From Candidatus Heimdallarchaeum endolithica (lineage in GTDB: Archaea > Asgardarchaeota > Heimdallarchaeia > Heimdallarchaeales > Heimdallarchaeaceae), in assembly GCA_021513715.1 (NCBI GenBank), contig CP084167.1, forward strand, positions 3,200,001-3,264,000: DNA of 64,000 bases, in the 5' to 3' direction. The notes beneath the pieces were generated by a model. That model did no database searches. It was given only the letters and a program-made list of their open reading frames with translations, and was not told the origin of the DNA. Positions 40,428 through 50,514 of the stretch are shown in pieces. Position numbers and translations under genes: made by a program. Position 1 is the stretch's first letter, and each line of letters starts with the position of its first letter.

Positions 40428-40820
40428 ATGGCCAAGAAAAAAAAGATAAAGTGTAAGAAGTGTGGAGCTGAATGGTTACCAAATGAGGTTGAAACAAAGA
40501 AAGAGTGGAATATGATTAGTCCAATGCCAGATAAGGATGGAAACGTAACCATAACAAGAATGGCATCTTGGAATTGTCCTTCTTGTGGGAAAAATGTGAC
40601 AGGAGCAAAAGGTAAAACAAAAGGCGAATTTAGAGTAGAAGATACACCTAAATATAAAATTGAACATGCTTTGGATTCTGGAAAAGAAATCGATCTTGAA
40701 CAATTGGCTGAAGAAATAGGTTTTAAAGTTGAAAACCTTATTAAAATTATTCCTGCTTATATGAAAAAGAAGGGTCTGAAAGGGGAAATAAAGGGAAAAA
40801 CATTCATTCCAAAGAAGTAG
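40428..40820 (+). CDS. Zn-ribbon Cren7-like domain fused to a winged-helix/PCI-like domain
   Basis: CKKCG..KEWNMISPMPDKDGNVTIT.MASWNCPSCG; C-terminal IDLEQLAEEIGF...LKGEIKG. Confidence 0.55.
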   Translation: MAKKKKIKCKKCGAEWLPNEVETKKEWNMISPMPDKDGNVTITRMASWNCPSCGKNVTGAKGKTKGEFRVEDTPKYKIEHALDSGKEIDLEQLAEEIGFKVENLIKIIPAYMKKKGLKGEIKGKTFIPKK

Positions 40821-40929
40821 ATTATTTTCCATAGTTTTCTTTTTTTTAAATATCAGAATGGCAAAAATTTTTAAAGAGAAAAATAGACAGACGTCTGAAA
40901 ACAAAAAGAAACAATGGAGCAGATAAATT

Positions 40930-41157
40930 ATGACATACACAGCTTTTGATGGGATAATCTCAAAAAATGGATGGCTTGTATTTTGGTTAGTACTCTTTAC
41001 AATATTGACAGTTTTTGGTTTAATATTGGCATATTTGTATTTTAGAACGTCCCAAAATAGAACAAGAAAAGCTACAATATCTATAATACTATTTAATATT
41101 CTTGTTATAGCGTTTGAATTGCAGCTTATTTTTATTAAAATAAATGTTAATTTCTAG
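40930..41157 (+). CDS. Small two-TM protein (tentatively OST5/TMEM258-like)
   Basis: 75 aa; TM-basic loop-TM ending at the C-terminus. Confidence 0.5.
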   Translation: MTYTAFDGIISKNGWLVFWLVLFTILTVFGLILAYLYFRTSQNRTRKATISIILFNILVIAFELQLIFIKINVNF

Positions 41158-41290
41158 TTTTTTTATTTTTGTCTTTTAAATTTTTAACTTTAGAACTTTT
41201 TTTCCTATCAAGTTAGAATTTCAAAAAGGTTAAATAATCTAAAATGAATTAAGAACAAGATAGCTAGTTATTTAGTGGTAGAATGATACA

Positions 41291-42139
41291 ATGAACTTCT
41301 TTAGTTATTTACCTTATTTAAACAGAGAAAATACAAGCTGGTTATTCAAAAAAAGTGAAAAAATAGAGGAGATTACAGATGAAGATTTCGTCTTTCAACT
41401 AAAGAAAGTTCTGAACTCTGAAACTCTAACTAGCTCACAAAAAAGGAAAATTTGGCAAATCTCAATGGAGAATTTGTTTTTTGGTGAAATGCATCGTAGT
41501 TTCATTTTTACTCCGACATCTAAATTTCTTAAAACAACAGATATAAAGACTGCAATAAACAAAAAACTCCAAGCAATAACTAAAGAAGAGAAGATGGCTT
41601 GTTCTCCTATATATGTATCAATGATGGAAAAAAAACCTTTACACTTTCTTATTTCATTCTCTCTCGAAAAAGCTACAAATTTTGAAAAATTTCTTGAGAT
41701 TCCCTTAAGTAGACATTTGGTTTTTAATATCTTCCCTGAAAAAGGTTTTTGCACTTTTTGGCCGTTAGATAAGGATGTTAAACTTAAAGTTGCATTGAAA
41801 TTAATTAATGATCTCTTCTCTGATACAAAAGAGATTAGAGTAAATGCTCTTCTATTACGCAAGTTTTCTACCCAAGATCAAATGAAAAGGATGGTTATTT
41901 CTACTCCTCCCGAAATAGCGGGTTTTTCTGGTTTAGATACAATAGAATTCTATGGTTCAGATGTGATGTTAGGTTTATCTGGACTAAAAAGAAGACATGA
42001 TGCTAACGTGGAAAAAATTACTAGAGTTGGACCATTAACAGATTTAGAATCTGATAATATAAGGTTAAAAGCAGGGAAAGGTGTGCAAGTAAAAAATTAT
42101 TCTGCTATTGATAAACTTCTTACAGTTGTTAAAACATAA
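41291..42139 (+). CDS. Hypothetical protein
   Basis: 282-aa ORF; no motif recognised. Confidence 0.7.
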   Translation: MNFFSYLPYLNRENTSWLFKKSEKIEEITDEDFVFQLKKVLNSETLTSSQKRKIWQISMENLFFGEMHRSFIFTPTSKFLKTTDIKTAINKKLQAITKEEKMACSPIYVSMMEKKPLHFLISFSLEKATNFEKFLEIPLSRHLVFNIFPEKGFCTFWPLDKDVKLKVALKLINDLFSDTKEIRVNALLLRKFSTQDQMKRMVISTPPEIAGFSGLDTIEFYGSDVMLGLSGLKRRHDANVEKITRVGPLTDLESDNIRLKAGKGVQVKNYSAIDKLLTVVKT

Positions 42140-42256
42140 CCTTTATTTGTTCCGTTCTTTTCTCTTCCTAAAGGTAAACTTGAAAGAAAAGTATAGGCGT
42201 ATCGAAAGTTTTTTTATAAAACTACTAAATGTAAAACAAAAAAGGAGTAAGATAAC

Positions 42257-42811
42257 ATGATTGAACTACTTCAAATAAGTAGAGGTGGATCTGGAGGCGT
42301 TACAGGAGCTAAAATTTTAGCTGAAGCTGCAATGTATGAAGGACTAGACTCACAAGCTATCCCTAAATATGGGGCTGAAAGAAGAGGAGCTAAAGTTGAA
42401 GCTTACGTTCGTTTTGACACATCCCCTATAAGGATACACAGTCCAGTCTACAACCCAACACACGCTATGGTATTAGATTCATCACTCATCAAGAGTTTAG
42501 AAATAGACAAAGTTAGTAAAGATGGAATTATTATGATAAATTCCTCTCATATTCCTGATTTTCTTAAAGGAACAAACAGAAAAGTAGCTTACGTTGACGC
42601 TACTAGTATCTCAAAGGAACTAGGTTTAGTCGTAAGTGGTTTCACTCTTACAAACGTAACAATGTTAGGTTGTTTTGCGAAAGCGACAGGAATAATAAAA
42701 ATTGAAAACATAGAAAAAGCAATCGAGAAAACACTAGGCGCGAAAATTGCACCAAAAAATATCGAGGCTGCAAGACGCGCTTATGAAAAAACAAAGGTGG
42801 AAATAGCATGA
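42257..42811 (+). CDS. porG: Pyruvate/2-oxoacid:ferredoxin oxidoreductase gamma subunit
   Basis: RGGSGGVT, YGAERRGA. Confidence 0.93.
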   Translation: MIELLQISRGGSGGVTGAKILAEAAMYEGLDSQAIPKYGAERRGAKVEAYVRFDTSPIRIHSPVYNPTHAMVLDSSLIKSLEIDKVSKDGIIMINSSHIPDFLKGTNRKVAYVDATSISKELGLVVSGFTLTNVTMLGCFAKATGIIKIENIEKAIEKTLGAKIAPKNIEAARRAYEKTKVEIA

Positions 42812-43083
42812 CAGAAAAAGAACCAAGTATGCCAATTTTATATCCAATAGAAGGAGCTGCAGGTTTAACTGGTGATTGGAGAACACAAAGACCAATCGTT
42901 GACCCAGAAAAATGTAAAATGTGTAATATCTGTTGGCAATATTGCCCAGACTTAGCAATAACTGCAGCAAATAAAGATGAAAATAAAGTGATTGTATTTG
43001 ATTATACTTATTGCAAAGGATGTGGAATTTGCGCCAGTGAATGTCCTTTTGGAGCAATTCATATGGAAAAAGAGGTGGACTAA
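42808..43083 (+). CDS. porD: POR delta subunit (2[4Fe-4S])
   Basis: TGDWRTQRP; CxxCxxCxxxCP twice. Confidence 0.93.
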   Translation: MTEKEPSMPILYPIEGAAGLTGDWRTQRPIVDPEKCKMCNICWQYCPDLAITAANKDENKVIVFDYTYCKGCGICASECPFGAIHMEKEVD

Positions 43084-44214
43084 ATGGCTGAAGAAGTAGT
43101 TATGTTAACGGGTAATCATTCAGTATCTGAAGCAGTAAAGAGAGTTAAACCTGATGTGATTGCTGCATACCCTATAACTCCCCAAACAGCAATTATAGAG
43201 TATTTAAGTAAACTAGTAGATTCTGGGGAAATGGATAGCCATTTTATTAGAGTAGAATCTGAACATTCTGCTTTAGCAGCTGTTGCTGGAGCATCATGGG
43301 CAGGAGCAAGAACTTTTACAGCAACAAGTAGTCAAGGATTACTATATATGGGAGAATGGGTTTTCTGGACAGGTTATGCCCGCTTACCAGTCGTAATGGC
43401 TGTTGTAAATAGATGTTTGGCTCCTGGGTGGAGTATATGGGTAGATTTACAAGACTCGATGGCCTTTAGAGACGCAGGTTGGATACAAATTTACAATAAA
43501 AATAATCAAGAGGTATTTGATACAACAATTCAATCCTACAAAATAGCAGAAAGTAAAGATATAGCTTTACCAGTCATGCCTTGTTTAGATGGATTTGTTC
43601 TCAGCCACACAAGTTCCAAAGTAATTCTAAGTGACCCTGAAGAGGTTTATAATTTTGTTGGAGATTATTCTGATCCAATTATCGAAATTGATACTGGAAA
43701 ACCTTTTGCTTATGGTTCAATTGTTATGCCAGATAAATACAATAAAGATAGAAAAGATCTGATGGAAGCAATGGAAAGAGCTAAAGCTAAAATAAAAGCG
43801 GTAAATAAAGAGTTTTCTGAGACTTTTGGTAGAACTTATGGTAATGGTCTAATAGAAAAATACGGTGATGATGACGCTGATTTAACAATTGTTGGTATTG
43901 GTACAATGGCTGATGAAACACAACAAGCGATTGACATGCTTACTTCAGAGGGTTTAAAAGTAAATTCTGTCAGAGTCAGAACATTTAGACCTTTCCCAAC
44001 AGAAGATATAATTGATATCGCTAAAAAGAATCATAAGTTACTTGTAATCGATAGGTCAGTAAGTTTTGGACATGAAGGACATTTGCAAATGGAAATAGAG
44101 TCAGTACTAAAACGAAATAGCATTGACACTCCTGTCATAGGAAAGGTGATGGGACTAGGCGGAGAAGACGTTCCATATACTCGTATCGCTAAAGTAGCGA
44201 AGGAGAATCTGTGA
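43084..44214 (+). CDS. porA: POR alpha subunit
   Basis: AYPITPQT, VESEHSA, TATSSQGL. Confidence 0.95.
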   Translation: MAEEVVMLTGNHSVSEAVKRVKPDVIAAYPITPQTAIIEYLSKLVDSGEMDSHFIRVESEHSALAAVAGASWAGARTFTATSSQGLLYMGEWVFWTGYARLPVVMAVVNRCLAPGWSIWVDLQDSMAFRDAGWIQIYNKNNQEVFDTTIQSYKIAESKDIALPVMPCLDGFVLSHTSSKVILSDPEEVYNFVGDYSDPIIEIDTGKPFAYGSIVMPDKYNKDRKDLMEAMERAKAKIKAVNKEFSETFGRTYGNGLIEKYGDDDADLTIVGIGTMADETQQAIDMLTSEGLKVNSVRVRTFRPFPTEDIIDIAKKNHKLLVIDRSVSFGHEGHLQMEIESVLKRNSIDTPVIGKVMGLGGEDVPYTRIAKVAKENL

Positions 44215-44215
44215 G

Positions 44216-45127
44216 GTGAAAAGAATGCCAACAACACTTAAAGATTTAATGAATAATCCTAAAGAAGCATTACTTAAAGGTCATTTTGCTTGTGCAGGAT
44301 GCGGAAGCGCTTTAGCTTTTCGCCATGCAATAGGAGCAATAGCTGATAAAGCAGTTGTGGTAATTCCTGCTTGTTGTACATCAGTATATCAAGGATTTGG
44401 AAGAGGAGTAGCTTTTGACGTTCCAACAATAAATGTTGCTTTTGCCTCTTCTGATGCAGTTGCTGCAGGAATCAAACATGCAATGGAGAAAAAAGGAAAA
44501 GAAGCACATGTAGTAGCTTGGGCAGGAGATGGAGGTACAGCAGACATAGGAATCGCTACTCTTATTGGTGCTTGTGATAGACAAGATAACATACTACATA
44601 TAATGTATAGTAATAATGTCTATAGTAACACAGGTGGACAAAGAAGTGGAGACACCCCTATTGGAGCAAGAACAACCACTACACCTTTTGGTAATAAAGC
44701 ACAAAGGAAAATGGTTCCTTTCATAATGATGGCTAATAATGCAAGTTATGTTGCTACAGCTTCAGTAGCCTATATACCTGATCTTGTTGATAAAGTGAAA
44801 AAGGCAATAAGCTATGATGGTTTCAAATTCATTGAAATCGATGCTAGTTGCCCTGTAGCATGGAAATCAGATTCTGCTGACTCTATCAAAGTTGCAAGAT
44901 TAGCTGTAGAAACAGGTGTGTGGCCACTGTTTGAATGGGACAATAAATCAAATAAAGCTGTCTTAAGTAAAAGAGGAAGCAAGTTTAGAAATAAAGAAAA
45001 TAGAAAACCAATTGAAGAATGGTTAAATATTCAAGGAAGATTCAAAGGAATGTCTGATGAAGAGATTAAAAACCTCTATGCTGATGTTGATCGTCAATGG
45101 ACTTTCCTCGAAAAATTCCTAGAATAA
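44216..45127 (+). CDS. porB: POR beta subunit (TPP-binding)
   Basis: GHFACAGCG, GDGGTADIG, YSNTGGQRS. Confidence 0.95.
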   Translation: MKRMPTTLKDLMNNPKEALLKGHFACAGCGSALAFRHAIGAIADKAVVVIPACCTSVYQGFGRGVAFDVPTINVAFASSDAVAAGIKHAMEKKGKEAHVVAWAGDGGTADIGIATLIGACDRQDNILHIMYSNNVYSNTGGQRSGDTPIGARTTTTPFGNKAQRKMVPFIMMANNASYVATASVAYIPDLVDKVKKAISYDGFKFIEIDASCPVAWKSDSADSIKVARLAVETGVWPLFEWDNKSNKAVLSKRGSKFRNKENRKPIEEWLNIQGRFKGMSDEEIKNLYADVDRQWTFLEKFLE

Positions 45128-45186
45128 TTTTTTTTCTATTTACCTTTATCGATGTTTTTTAATAATGATTAGTAAATTTAGTATTA

Positions 45187-45834
45187 GTGTCTAACTTGGA
45201 TAATAATTCTAAAACTGAAGAGCTCTACAGTATGATTGTAGGTTTTATTGAAAGCGCAATAAAGCTAAAAAGCCTACCAAGGCAAGGATGGATTAGAGTA
45301 GGTATTCCGCTATCAGTAGTTGAAAGTGTAGCTGATCACTGCTACAACACAGCAATGTTGTCTTTACTTTTAGTAGACCTACACAACGAACTTTACAAAG
45401 ATGAACAACTTTCTTCAGAACTAGTGATGAGAATCGCTATTGTTCATGATTTACCAGAATGTAAATATCAAGATTTTGATAAACAAGTAGAAATCTTGGT
45501 TGGAAAAGACCATTACCTAGAATTTAAGACGCAGATTCTAACAAATGCAAGCAATGAATTACTTTCACTAATTCTAAATGAAAATGTGAAAGAGTTATGG
45601 AAAAAAACATTAGATGATGTTATTGTTAAGTCCTCAAGAGAAGCTAAATTTGTTAGCTATGTAGATAAATTAGAAGTAATTGTTCAAGCCTTAGCCTATG
45701 AGAAACAGGGTTATAACCCCAGAATTTTTGATGAATATTGGAACACTTCGTTAGACTATCTCAGTTCTTGTACTTTTGAAGTGATAAACAACCTTATTCC
45801 TCAATTAAAACAAGCTAGATTGCAAAACTTCTAG
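45187..45834 (+). CDS. HD-domain hydrolase (YfbR/HDDC2-like)
   Basis: LK.LPRQGW..ESVADH..VHDLPE..DKLE. Confidence 0.9.
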   Translation: MSNLDNNSKTEELYSMIVGFIESAIKLKSLPRQGWIRVGIPLSVVESVADHCYNTAMLSLLLVDLHNELYKDEQLSSELVMRIAIVHDLPECKYQDFDKQVEILVGKDHYLEFKTQILTNASNELLSLILNENVKELWKKTLDDVIVKSSREAKFVSYVDKLEVIVQALAYEKQGYNPRIFDEYWNTSLDYLSSCTFEVINNLIPQLKQARLQNF

Positions 45835-45955
45835 TTTTTTTTAAATAAATTAAAATGCACTTTTTTCCTTCTTAAATAATTTTAAATAGCAAAAAAGTTT
45901 AATAGTTTTAGATAAAATTTACTTTATAGCTAATTATAACAATTGATGATGAAAC

Positions 45956-47137
45956 ATGGACTTAGAAGATAAATACAACGAACTTCAAGTTTCTCCTTTT
46001 AATATCCCTTTTCTCCGTGATTTAGGAATTAAAGTTGTTGCTATTGTAAACTTCGACATACTCTTCGGTCCAGTCTGTTTTTTGAAAGAACTTTCTAGTT
46101 CATCTTTCGGTAAGAAATTAAAAAAAGTTGATATGTTAGCAGAACTTTATACAGGTTTTGCTAGAACTGATATTGATGTTATTACTACTCTAGATGAGAA
46201 GGTAATTGTGAGCAGTTACACAGAAAAACTGGAAACAAGTGAAGTTACGTCTCTTCTTTTCCTTGTTTGTGTTCCTTCTGCTGATACTGAAAAACTGGTT
46301 CAATATTGTCGTTCTCTAACAAAGAGAATAAAGGGAGAACCTGAAAAATTTAATTCTGCTTTATCCTTTATTATTGAGCAAGAAAGAAAGAAAAGTCATT
46401 CACTAATTATTGAACGAAATGGAACTAGAATAAAAGGATTGAATATTAATGACGCAAGTATTGTGTCAGGTAATGAGTTCTTTAATTTCAATGGTTTTTT
46501 ATTTATTGATTATAACCGTGCAGAAGTAGATGGAAGATTTTTCCCAAAAAGAGTAAATGAAAAAAAGGTTGATTTTAGAGCACTTGTAAAGTTTATTGAC
46601 ACTCAGAAAAATGAAGCTGAATTATCTTTTGGAGAGTTAATCACACTCTACTATAAGGGGTTAGAACTGCTCATTTACTTGCATAACACTGGAGCAATTA
46701 TGGTCGGAACAAAGAAATTGAGATCAAGGATTAATTATAATTTTATCAATAAATGGTTTTTCAATTTTTTTGATGTTTATTTAGGTGTTCATGGAGTTCC
46801 AGAAGAGAAAGGAACACTAGAAACTCTAAAATATTTAGATAGAGAAATCTCTGGAGAACCTAAAAGATTCATTATTTCAGAACTTATAGATTTAATGATT
46901 AATTCAGAGAAATCCACTCCAGAACTTTTAGTTAACCCCTCTTCAATAAGAAAGAGAGGGTGGATAAGTTTAAGGACAGAATATGAACTCTTCTTGGAAT
47001 ATTTAGGACTTTTCAATGGAGAACTTTCAATATATAAAATTTCTCAAGAAATGTCTGTACCCCTTTCCAAAGTTGTAGAGTTTATAATTTTTCTTAAATC
47101 AAGAAACTTACTTGAAGTTTATAAGAAAAAAAGATAA
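45956..47137 (+). CDS. uDENN/longin-like N-terminus + C-terminal winged helix (NPRL-like?)
   Basis: VAIVNFDILFGPV at the N-terminus; FNGELSIYKISQEM...FL..RNLL at the C-terminus. Confidence 0.55.
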   Translation: MDLEDKYNELQVSPFNIPFLRDLGIKVVAIVNFDILFGPVCFLKELSSSSFGKKLKKVDMLAELYTGFARTDIDVITTLDEKVIVSSYTEKLETSEVTSLLFLVCVPSADTEKLVQYCRSLTKRIKGEPEKFNSALSFIIEQERKKSHSLIIERNGTRIKGLNINDASIVSGNEFFNFNGFLFIDYNRAEVDGRFFPKRVNEKKVDFRALVKFIDTQKNEAELSFGELITLYYKGLELLIYLHNTGAIMVGTKKLRSRINYNFINKWFFNFFDVYLGVHGVPEEKGTLETLKYLDREISGEPKRFIISELIDLMINSEKSTPELLVNPSSIRKRGWISLRTEYELFLEYLGLFNGELSIYKISQEMSVPLSKVVEFIIFLKSRNLLEVYKKKR

Positions 47138-47199
47138 AAGAATTTTTATAGTTTGTCGAAATTATTATTAACATTAAAAAAACTTGAAAGTGTAGTATT

Positions 47200-48198
47200 A
47201 TGAGCAGATTTTCTCTTAAACTAGAAATATCAGAACAAGAATTAAATAAAAAAATAGAAACTTTGAAGAAAATATCCGCTCTTATAGCTTCCAAAATACT
47301 AAAAGAACTGAAAATTTATGATTTACTTCAGAGACCTAGATCACCTGAAGAAGTTTTCCACATGAATAATTATGTAGGGCTAGAAAAAGATTTTCATTAC
47401 ATTTTTGAAATTTTAGCTGATATGAAACTCCTAGAAAAACAAGGAGAATTTTATCAAGAAGGACCAACAAGAATTAGTTTAGAGAAAAAATATCAAAATG
47501 AAATATTAGAAGAAAATAATGATATATTTAATTCTATAAACTACCTTTTTGAGAAAATAAATTCAAAATACATAAGCATCTTGAAAGGAGAGCAAGGAAA
47601 ATTAAATACTAAAGAATTAATAAATTTTCTAGATTGTTTATATGGCTCAGAATTCGTATTTATGATAAGAGAACTGTTTTTTAAACAATTAACGACTAGA
47701 GTAAGCATTTTCTCTGAAACTACTAAATTAAATATTTTAAATTGGGGAGTAGGTTCAGGATATGATGCAGTACACATTGCTGATTTTTTCGGTTTAAGAG
47801 CTTCAATTATAAGTATTGAACCTGACAATGAAGTTTACAGAGGAAAAGTATTACAAGATTTGTATGAGATTTATAACCTTGATTTTGTTGAAAGATCTGA
47901 CCTAGAAATTTCACTTTTGTCTGGGACTATTGATCTATTCTTTGGAACAGGAATATTCTTTTTTGAAAATTTTTCTGATACGGTGAAAATTATTAAGAAA
48001 TTACTCAAAGATGAAGGGTTCTTTGCCTTGATTATTAATAAGAATATAGACTTAGCGACAAAATGGGTTTTCTCATTATTTGATAACTATAAAGTTACAG
48101 AAGATACAGACTCCCTTATAGCCAAATTCAAACATAATGGTTTTTCTAGAATAAAATACGTGGGTTTGAATGACAGTTTTGTATTATTGCAAAAATAA
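47200..48198 (+). CDS. SAM-dependent methyltransferase-like protein with N-terminal HTH
   Basis: ILNWGVGSGY motif I; LLKDEGFF. Confidence 0.7.
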   Translation: MSRFSLKLEISEQELNKKIETLKKISALIASKILKELKIYDLLQRPRSPEEVFHMNNYVGLEKDFHYIFEILADMKLLEKQGEFYQEGPTRISLEKKYQNEILEENNDIFNSINYLFEKINSKYISILKGEQGKLNTKELINFLDCLYGSEFVFMIRELFFKQLTTRVSIFSETTKLNILNWGVGSGYDAVHIADFFGLRASIISIEPDNEVYRGKVLQDLYEIYNLDFVERSDLEISLLSGTIDLFFGTGIFFFENFSDTVKIIKKLLKDEGFFALIINKNIDLATKWVFSLFDNYKVTEDTDSLIAKFKHNGFSRIKYVGLNDSFVLLQK

Positions 48199-48253
48199 AA
48201 AAATACAAAATGAAATAAAATAAAGTAAAAAAATATTAAATTAATTTTTTATT

Positions 48254-49432
48254 CTATTTCTTTTTTGATTCTCCAAGTTTAGATTTTTCAGCTAACTCTG
48301 GAATTATTTGTAGAAAAGGCGTAATTGAATTTGCAATTGTTGAAAATGCATCCTCCTTAGAGCCTGTAACTATCATTTTATCTATTTCTAAGTTTTGGTA
48401 AATCTCTGGTAATCTTGAAATAATCATTTCTTGGAAGAAGCGGTTATCAGCTTTTGCTAGAGCTTGTATTCTTGCTAAGATACCTTCAGCTTCTGCTTTT
48501 CTAGCTTCTAAAATCATAGCTGCTTCACCTTTTGCTCTAGATTCTAGTTCAAATTGCTTTGCAGCAGCCATTCTACGGATTTTTTCAGCTTCAACGTCAA
48601 CCTCTGATGCAATTTTTCTGTATTTCTCTGCATTAGCTTCGATTTCAACCTTTGTTTGATAGGTTTTAGCTTCTACTTCTGTCCTCTTCTTTTCAAGTTC
48701 TTGAATCTTTATTTCTCTGTCTTTTTGTTTTGTTTCGATGTCTAGCTGTACTCCTTGTCTCTCCATTTCTACTTTTCGTTGAACTTCTAAGTCTCTAAGT
48801 TTAGTGGTTTCTTCCATGTCTGCTTTCTTTAATCTAGCAAGTTTTTCTTGTTCTATTTTCATAATGGCACTGACATTATCTTTTAATTTAGGATCTATAA
48901 TCTCAATTTCTCTAATTTCAACGCTTTCAACTATTAAACCCCAATCTCTTGTTAATGTGTGCAATTCTTTGATTACTGACTCAATTATTGCTTGTCTATC
49001 ACGTATAATCTTTTCTAGTTGCATATTAGCAGTAACAGTCCTAATAATAGATTCTGTAGCATTTTTGATTATATTTTCGACATAAGCAGGAGAGGCTTGG
49101 TCCCATACAACCCTAGCAAAAGCAACTTCTGGGTCAACAACTCTCCAAAAAACAAAAGCAGTTACTGATATCTCTTGAAATTCTCTGCTAACTACTTTTT
49201 CTTTTGCTTCCAAAAAAGTAGATTGTGTAGTTACTGGAATCGTTCTAATCTCATCGATTAAAGGTAAAACCACAGCTTTTCCTCCTTGTCCTGCTCTGAT
49301 AACCTTTCCTCCACGAAAATGAATGACGTAAAAACTAGTATCGAATCTACGATAACGAGATGCGTAAAACATCAATCCAAGAACAACTAAAACAACTATT
49401 CCAATAATTAAATAAACATACCATGCGGCCAT
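48254..49432 (-). CDS. SPFH/flotillin-family membrane protein
   Basis: N-terminal TM, WRVVDP, WGLIVESVEIREI, EA-rich coiled coil. Confidence 0.9.
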   Translation of the reverse strand: MAAWYVYLIIGIVVLVVLGLMFYASRYRRFDTSFYVIHFRGGKVIRAGQGGKAVVLPLIDEIRTIPVTTQSTFLEAKEKVVSREFQEISVTAFVFWRVVDPEVAFARVVWDQASPAYVENIIKNATESIIRTVTANMQLEKIIRDRQAIIESVIKELHTLTRDWGLIVESVEIREIEIIDPKLKDNVSAIMKIEQEKLARLKKADMEETTKLRDLEVQRKVEMERQGVQLDIETKQKDREIKIQELEKKRTEVEAKTYQTKVEIEANAEKYRKIASEVDVEAEKIRRMAAAKQFELESRAKGEAAMILEARKAEAEGILARIQALAKADNRFFQEMIISRLPEIYQNLEIDKMIVTGSKEDAFSTIANSITPFLQIIPELAEKSKLGESKKK

Positions 49433-49611
49433 TTTTCTTTCTCCTCAGTTAGATTCAAGATGTGTTTAGTAATACACTTTTTTAAAGGTATTCAAATAAA
49501 TGGAGTAAGCAAGGATTTAAAAAATTAAAATTTTATTTATTTTCTTTTTTCATATCCTTTTTTACATTTATTTTAAAAATAATTTTACTTTAAAAAGAAA
49601 AAAAAAGAAAT

Positions 49612-50370
49612 TTAAACTCTATCTACTAAATAATTGTTGTTTTTAAAAGCGACTATTCTTACTTTTTCTCCTTTCTTGAATTTATCAAAAGGACTAAAGG
49701 TTTTAGCATGAAGTTTTGTTAACCCTATGTTATGCCCTAAGTCAACTACAATAACTCCTCCTTTAGAATCAACTGAAACAAAAACATCAGCTATTTCACC
49801 AATAAGCTGTTCCCCCTTTGGAATAGGAATAGAAGTAGTTGCAGAAAGTTTTTTCCAAGTTTTTGATAAAATCCAGGCTAAGAAGTAAGGGACAATAAAA
49901 ACACTCACTATACGAATAATTCGTAAACTAAGATAGTCAGAAGAGATTCGAAGTGTAGAAACTCCTAAAATGCCAAAAATAAGGAAATAGGTTGACATTA
50001 AGAGAAATAATGGCGCTGAAGAACGAGTAATATCAATACTTTCAACCACAGCACTTGGAGTTTTGTGAGGTGCAAGGTCAGAAACATCGCCACCATCACT
50101 GGGAACTTCATGATCTCCTATATCATGACTTATATCGTGTCCTCCTATATCATGACTTATATCGTGTCCTCCTATATCATGACTTATATCATGTCCTCCA
50201 AAAGCTTCAGTGATATTTTCAATATTGAGGACGAATGAGAGAATAACAAGTAATGTTCCACTAATTAGTAAAGCTAAAGCTATATTCCATAATATTGTTT
50301 CAAAATTAAGTAAAAATTCTGGATTCAATTTCTTCTTCCTCTTTTTCCTTTTTGAATAAAAATAGGACAT
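49612..50370 (-). CDS. NfeD-like (YqiJ-type) flotillin partner with His/Asp repeats
   Basis: TMs, (GGHDISHDI)x3 and a C-terminal OB fold (LIGE.A.V..KKGEKVRIV); upstream of the flotillin gene. Confidence 0.8.
   Translation of the reverse strand: MSYFYSKRKKRKKKLNPEFLLNFETILWNIALALLISGTLLVILSFVLNIENITEAFGGHDISHDIGGHDISHDIGGHDISHDIGDHEVPSDGGDVSDLAPHKTPSAVVESIDITRSSAPLFLLMSTYFLIFGILGVSTLRISSDYLSLRIIRIVSVFIVPYFLAWILSKTWKKLSATTSIPIPKGEQLIGEIADVFVSVDSKGGVIVVDLGHNIGLTKLHAKTFSPFDKFKKGEKVRIVAFKNNNYLVDRV
50115..50199. repeat. 27-bp tandem repeat x3 (coding)
   Basis: CTCCTATATCATGACTTATATC(G/A)TGTC repeated three times. Confidence 0.95.
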
Positions 50371-50514
50371 GGTGATTTAAAAATCTTGATAAATAAATTT
50401 TATTAAAAAAAAAAGACTGATTTTTGAAAAGCATCAAAATGAGTTAAAATAAAAAAGTTCATTTGATACATACAACTATTTATCTTAAGAAATAATACAC
50501 TGGATCTGACTTAA

